NCBI RefSeq assembly: GCF_009914755.1
Contig: NC_060935.1
Reading direction: 5' to 3' (one strand)
Length of the DNA stretch: 64,000 nt
DNA from: the human T2T-CHM13v2.0 reference genome, Homo sapiens
Shown here: piece after piece, positions 57,452 through 64,000 of the stretch
How positions within the stretch are numbered: position 1 is the stretch's first letter
Layout: the number at the start of each line of letters is the position of its first letter
Notes under the pieces: generated by a model
The model's database searches: none
Told to the model about the DNA's origin: nothing
What the model saw: the letters and a program-made list of their open reading frames with translations, nothing else
Program-made: the position numbers and the translations under genes

Positions 57452-59009
57452 GGGCCTATGAACTGGAATTTGGATTCATCAAAAAAAAAAAAAAATCTTT
57501 TGAGGTCTCAGTTTCCTTATCTGAGTTATATAAGAAAATCTCTAAAATCCTCTATTTAACATTTATGTTACTCTTATGGAATTTTATGTGATATATGGCT
57601 AAATAATTCCTTAGAAGGCATGAGGATTCTCTCTAGTGATTCTCTCTTAACTCTAGGTCAGAAGTAGTCCCCTGCTTCTAGTTCCCGACCATGATATTCA
57701 AGCACTCTCTGAAGATGTTGTTGCCAGGGCATTTGGTGTTGAGATAAGAAAGCAGGAAGATATGCTTGGATGAATGGCAGAGACTCATCAAGAAGAGCAG
57801 GGACTTTAACATTGACATAGTCCTCCAAACTGGGAAATTCTTTTCAATGGCACTTTTCTGTTTCATAACCTTGTTTAGATTCCCACTGCTTACTGCATTC
57901 AGTTTATCTTACAGAGTTTGTTAAATATGCCCCAACATATAATTTCAGTCTCTTCTACAGCCACCCACAAATGTTATATCACTGCCAAACATTTCCTTGC
58001 CAAATCTTTCTCTTTCACATTCCATTCTCACTACCTAAAATTCTCTCGGCCTTATTTCTCTACCAAGAAAATTTCCATTTATCCTGCAGAACACAACTTC
58101 AATGGAACCACTGTTGAGTACAGCCATCGTCCCCTTTCCAGTGAGTATTAGTTTCTGATTTAGAACTTCACCTGTATCTTACATGGTCCACTCTTCATTA
58201 AACTGCAATTTATTTATCACTAACTTCCACCCACTAAGCTGTGATTTCCTCAGTGTCTAGGGATTCTTAATTTATCTTTATCTCACCCTGTATGATATCT
58301 GGCCTGTAAGAGAGACTTTACAAGGATTTACTAAATTAATTAATGAATTAAACAATTGTGGAGTATGTAGAGTTTTGGAGAGGAAAGGGCATAGCTAGCC
58401 ACATAGAAGTGGAAATGAAAACAAAACAGAGGGAGATGACCCAGGAACAAGCGAACAAAGCCCAGGTTAAATTGTCTGGAATCTCCTGTCATCTGATAAA
58501 TCTAAAACAGTGTTTATTGAAACCTGCTGTGTGAAAGGCATTTTTATTTGCCCTGAAGTGCTCATTCTCTGATAACTTTTAAATTTTATTATGGTGAGCT
58601 GACTTAAATACAACTGTGAAAGGACAATGTAATGGAAAACAGATGATAGTTTTTGAAAATAGAGAGGTCGGAAAGAGTGAACGTAGCCAGAACAAGTCTT
58701 CGTAAAGGACATAAGACTTGAGTTTTACATGGAAGACTAGGCAGGATCCACACAGAATCATTAAATAAGGAATATTAAAGTTATTAAAGTTGGAAAGACC
58801 TTTACTGATCCATTGAAATGGAAGTTCCAAGGCCACAGAAATTCTGTCTGTATTGTTTTTCATTTTATTCCCATTTTCCACTACTTTACCTGGACATAGT
58901 AGATGCATAATAAACACTTGTTGAGTAAAAGAGTGAATCTAATCAGCCCACTGCCTCCATTCTTCCTGTGAGTATGCCCATGTTCTAACACAAGTGAAAT
59001 TGTAGGATG

Positions 59010-59210
59010 TTAGCACATAGCAATTAGTTCAACGGCTTCAGAGTCAGAATGCCTGGGATCAAATCATGACTTACCTAACCTCTCTGAGCCTTAGTTTTAT
59101 AACCTGTAATATGAGGATAGTAATAGGACCTATTTCACGCAGTTTTATCAGTATTTATAAAGTGCCTGGAGTATAATTGGTACTCACTAAACGTTATCTA
59201 TTACTATTAA
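59010..59210 (+). mobile_element. MIR
   Basis: cagagtcagaatgcctgggatcaaatc...aacctctctgagcctta..ctgtaatatgaggatagtaatag. Confidence 0.8.
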
Positions 59211-61397
59211 GTCACAGTCATTAACAAATGGTAGGTTAAATTAGAATCCATGTCTTCTGATTCCCAGTCCAGTCTTACTTTACATAGATTAGAAAGAAAG
59301 TATTTCTTCATGAGAAAAAAAAAAGTTCCAATTGGGTTGAATAGGTACTGATATGAAGAGAACACAAAACAAACAAACATAAAAACTCCCCTTTGATATC
59401 CAGGGAATGGAACCGTTCGTTGAATATAAATTCTACCATCCATAAATGCCTGCAGGAACTCTGGATCATGTCAATTTCAGTGCATCTCATCTCATTCCCA
59501 TCATCCGGTACCTGCCTCTCCAAGGACACAGCAGCAGAGGCACAGTGATGCTGAAAGAGGAACCATCTTGCCAGAGGCTGGCATGGAACCGTGGCTGCGG
59601 TGAAAAATGAAGGAAGAGGAGTTGAATGAAGGCCAGTGAGCTGACCCGAAGCATTTGAAGGTCCCGGACAACCTTACTCAAATATGAACTCGAGGTTAAA
59701 AGGAACCTTGGTATTTTGTACCTCATGCTGAAATTACTGAAATATCTGACATGAACTATAAGAGTGAGTTCAATTTCTGTCATAAATGCTAAAAGGAAGG
59801 TGAAGATAAATGAAAAACTTGAGGAAAAGTATAACAGCAAATGCTTTTTAAATTTGAGGGAATTAATTTTATAGAGAAAAATAGGCACTGAATACAATTT
59901 AAAATTTTTACTACACATTTGAAGTACGCTTATTTTGCATAATAAATGAGACGGTCAGCACTTTGTAATTTCTGTTTTTTAAGGAAAAGGTATTTTAAAG
60001 GCTCATTAAAGGTAACCTAGCCTAGCTGGTCATCTGCTCCCAGAAGCCAAAATGTTGATGATTTAAGCAGAAATGAGTCAGAAATGTGTGGTTGCAATTT
60101 CCTTTCAAATGAATGAGAAAAAATGCTCCTGGCAAAAACCATTTTGCAATTCTACTGGACCAGAACCTCTGAAATATTCTCTGAGGCACAAATCACCTGG
60201 AGCACTGTTGAAGGAGACAGCAAGGTGCTGGCAGAGAGAAGAAGGTAGAAGAGATTCACTTGGTTATGTGTCTTTTATTCAATTATCTGACTGAGAGTCT
60301 TAATCTAATGATATCTATTCTTTTCCATGTGGCAGGAATGTGACAAAATAGAAGTGTTAGTTATTCTGTAATCCTATGGGAAACATGTTTTGTACAGAGC
60401 TATGGAAATTGCAACTCTTAGGAATAGCATTATTGTAATAAAATGTGAGGGGAGGCTAGTCTTAATTGAAACCTTCTTAAAATCAAGAGAATTAGTAACA
60501 GTTTAGTTCATTTCAAATTGATGTGTTAGAAACTTTAGAAATTATTTGTGCAGCCAGCATAGGAGACTTACTTAAAGGCACTGTTAGTAATTATGCAAAC
60601 TGTGGATGGAGTGTTTTAAAAAAGATTTTTCTTTTCTTTTTCTTAAGTTGACCTGAGTTTTTATTTGAGAGTGAAAATATTCACCTCATGTGGTCTGGAG
60701 ACTTTATCTAATTGGATTTGAACATGATTCTGATCAAGAAACGTATATTTTCCCATTTGGAAGCCTGGACTGAAAATAATTGCAGGAGATTGAGAGTACA
60801 CGTTGGTGATTTCCAACACAGACACAAAGAGATTAGTATGGAGGTTAAACCTATTCTCCATACAGTATTTAAATGACTTACGTGATGAGATCAGGTCCCA
60901 AAGGACATCTTAATTTGCTAATAATGGAAAACCATGGAGGATCAAGCCATCCCAGTGACACTGAAAAGATTTAGCAGGATTTATGCAGAGTAGAAATGGT
61001 AAGTATCAACAAACACATGTTATTCCCATCCAGTTTTATAAAATAGCAAAATTAGTTTCTGATATACAAAGACATGAGGACATCATTCCAGTAGTGAATG
61101 AGTGGGAAGATGGAAATAGAGGTAAGAATTGAAATTGAGCAATGTAAAAAATGATATTCTAGTACCAAATTTACTGTCTCTTTATATAATTATATGATAC
61201 ATATAATTAGAATTATAGATCTGGTGTTTTGGAATCTATTTTCCTAAAGAAAAAATGATATATTAATAATCTTCCACATATTTACCACTCACTAAATATG
61301 TGTTGATTGGTTGAGATTTATAGAATACTTTTAGAGTTTGACTTAGAAGACATTAAAGAGGATATTGAGAATGAATTTTATAAATCGAGTGGTGTTA

Positions 61398-61829
61398 CAT
61401 ATTAGTTCAGGTAATATTAGTTGGTATAACCAACAAACCCAGGAAATTTAAGATGACTAAAATTCATAGAAATTTATTTGAGTCTGAAATAGGTGTTTTA
61501 ATTGGGAATCAGTTCTGGTTGTTATTCATGGTCCCAGGCTTTTTAAAGTTTTTTTGGTTCAACATCTCATAGGGCCTTGGGTTCCCTGCTGAGTCTTCTC
61601 CATCCAGCTGGATAATGGGAAAAAGAGAGTGGAGAAGTCACACCTCCCTGGTCACCTAAACCTGCATGTGATGTAATTCACTTCTGCTCACATTTCATCA
61701 GCAAGAACTGGTTTACATGGCCCTAATTATAGCAAGAAGGCTAGGAAATATATCCCATGAGGGGCAGCCACTTCCAGCAGTAACTGGGAAGCATGAATTT
61801 TTGGTAGTCAACTATTTGTCTCTGCCACA
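61398..61829 (-). mobile_element. MLT1J-like LTR, with possible internal sequence to about 62140
   Basis: cacttctgctcacatttcat..gcaagaactgg..acatggcc, ending in gtctctgccaca. Confidence 0.65.
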
Positions 61830-62395
61830 GTTCACCCCTTTGGCCACTAAATATGCTTTTGTAACTTTTTTCCCCACAAAAAAAAATATGATAAACAAAG
61901 GGGAACAACTTCAAATCAAACATAATGCTTCCTGTTCAATGTCTAGGATCTCTTTATCAGATCCATGTGTGGCTCCTCTGATACGGCAATTTATCAATTA
62001 AAGTATGACTGTCCCCTAAACACCTCCTAATATAAAAAGAAGAAGCAGGGTCAATATAATGAAATTAGAGTTTGCTTTTCTTAAAGGAAGGAATGGGAGA
62101 CACAGAGAAGTCCCTGATGTATAGCAATGGTGAGTTCTTTCAAAATAAGCATTTTGAAAGTAGAATGGCATTTAGTTTTTTAAAAATATAGTATCACATA
62201 CAAATAAGTATATTATCTGATGCCAGGGATAAGAGTTTGGGTATTTTGACATTTGAAGCATGACTAAAACAAGGACACCAATGTCCCCAGATTACAAGGA
62301 AAAATACTCCATTAGACTGACTCACTTTTCAAATTTGTATGAAAACATGCCTCCTCCCACACGCACATGGAGACACCTTGGTAGCACTGAAAATT

Positions 62396-62713
62396 GTAGT
62401 TTTTATTTTATTTTATTATTTATTTATTTTTGATATGGAGTTTCTCTCTGTCACCCAGGCTGGAGTACAGTGATGCAATCTTGGCTCACTGCAACCTCTG
62501 CCTTGCGGGTTCAAACGATTATCCTACCTCAACCTCCTGAGTAGGTGGGATTACAGGCGCCTACCACCACCCCCGGCTAATTTTTGTATTTTTAGCAGAG
62601 ACGAGGTTTCACCATGTTGGCCAGGCTGGTCTCGAACTCCTGACCTCAGGCGATCCACCCGCCTCGGCCTCCCAAAGTGTTGGGATTACAGGTGTGAGCC
62701 ACTACACCCGGCC
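62396..62713 (-). mobile_element. AluS (AluSx-like)
   Basis: Full antisense Alu with a 14-bp TSD tagcactgaaaatt at 62382-62395 and 62716-62729. Confidence 0.97.
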
Positions 62714-63369
62714 AATAGCACTGAAAATTAATGATGCAGTGGATACAACTGCCTCATTTGTTATTGGTCCAATTTCTAAATCGGTCACTTAGATGGTAAT
62801 AACATAAAGTATGCTCAAAAGATATAGGCAGTTTCAATGAACCCAGACCCCCACCCCCATTACAAATAAATGTTTTTCCATTCTAATTTTTCCTCTTTGC
62901 CATGCTGAGTTCTTTCACAGGGGCAATTGGAAAGCCTCTTGCTAGTTTAGTACCTGTCAGACATTTCCATCCAGTGGGATTTGTACCCTGGCCATTTCTA
63001 GTTCTGTGTCACTGAATTGGCCAGGAAACTCTAGCAACACAAACACATTTTTATATCATTTCCAACTTTCCCCTGCACTTGGTGCCAATATTTGATTATC
63101 TGCTCTAACAGAGGGGAATAGAAATACAAAGAGATCCCAAAGTCATTTATATTTGGCTTTACAGTATAATGACAACTTTTCAGTTTCTGCTCCTTTTTCA
63201 TGCAGTTTTAGTTAGACTAATATTAAAATGAATTTATGCCCCTAGAAAAAAAAAAACAACATGTTGGTTGAGTGTCAAGAGGAAAAGTAATTCAGTGCTA
63301 AAATTCTGTGATGGATAATCTACAATGTGGAAAAGCTACCACCAGTCAATCAAGAATTGATGAATAAAT

Positions 63370-64000
63370 TGATTTTTTTCTTGTTTTTGACCACTTTATT
63401 ACAATATGATTGACATACAAAAGGCTGAACATATTTAATGTATACAACTTGATGAGTTTGGAGATAAAGGTACACCCATGAGACTATCACCACAATCAAG
63501 ACCATAAATTTCTCCATCGCCTCCCAGCATTTCCTTCTGCCCTATTTTTAAATTTTTCTTTTAAAATTAATGTTTGTTCTATTGTGGTAAGAGCATTGAA
63601 CATAAGATCCACTCTCTAGCAAACTTTTTAAGTATAAATTATTGTTAACTTTAGGACCCAAGTTGTACAGTATTTATTACTCCAGAACTTACTCATCCTC
63701 CATAACCAGAACTTGGCACCCTTTGACCAACACCTCTTCACTTCCCCTCTCCTCAGCCCCTGGTAAACACTGTTGTACTCTCCGATCCCACGAGTTTGAC
63801 TATTTTAGATTCCTCATTAAAGTAGGATCATGTAGTATTTGTATTTCCGTGTCTGACTTATTTCACTTGCCACAAGGTCCACCAGATCCACCTATATTGT
63901 CAGAAATGGCAGGATTTCCTTTTTGAAGGCTAATAGTCCATTGTATGTATATATAGGTATATATCACATTTTCTGTATCCATTCATCTGTGAATAAACAT
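63370..64000 (-). mobile_element. L1MA/L1MB-type 3' end, running off the window
   Basis: tgattgacatacaaaa..catatttaatgtatacaacttgatgagtttg, gtggtaagagca and gagtttgactattttagattcc. Confidence 0.88.

Noticed and set aside
59487-59918. 143-aa hydrophobic ORF on the minus strand
   Set aside because: Low-complexity F/L/S composition from T-rich DNA, with no domain or splice evidence.

Overview
Primate (most likely human or great-ape) genomic DNA, AT-rich and CpG-poor, from an intergenic or deep-intronic region. I found no CpG island and no convincing exon of a canonical protein-coding gene, and almost all ORF-track entries are chance or repeat-derived ORFs. Much of the window is interspersed repeat: about 12 Alus (J, S and Y classes, several with clear target-site duplications, TSDs), a fragmented ~9 kb old L1M element carrying nested L1PA, AluJ and ERV1-LTR insertions, further L1, L2 and MIR fragments, MaLR LTRs (MST, MLT1), ERV1 solo LTRs (MER39-like, MER61-like) and DNA transposons (Tigger3, Tigger6, MER6, MER3, MER5-like). 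The one gene-derived sequence is a processed retrocopy of HIGD2A (about 32534-33124, + strand) inserted into an old L1. It keeps an uninterrupted 103-codon ORF from the parental ATG to the parental stop, apparently through two pairs of mutually compensating indels. It also has a strong splice acceptor just upstream of the ATG and an intact AATAAA. Other oddities are a template-switch-type micro-inversion inside L1 ORF2, a fold-back palindrome cluster, nested insertions and a few candidate enhancers. Repeat subfamily names and the HIGD2A comparison come from my recall of the consensus and mRNA sequences and need RepeatMasker or BLAST confirmation. I found no evidence for a wholly novel multi-gene system.
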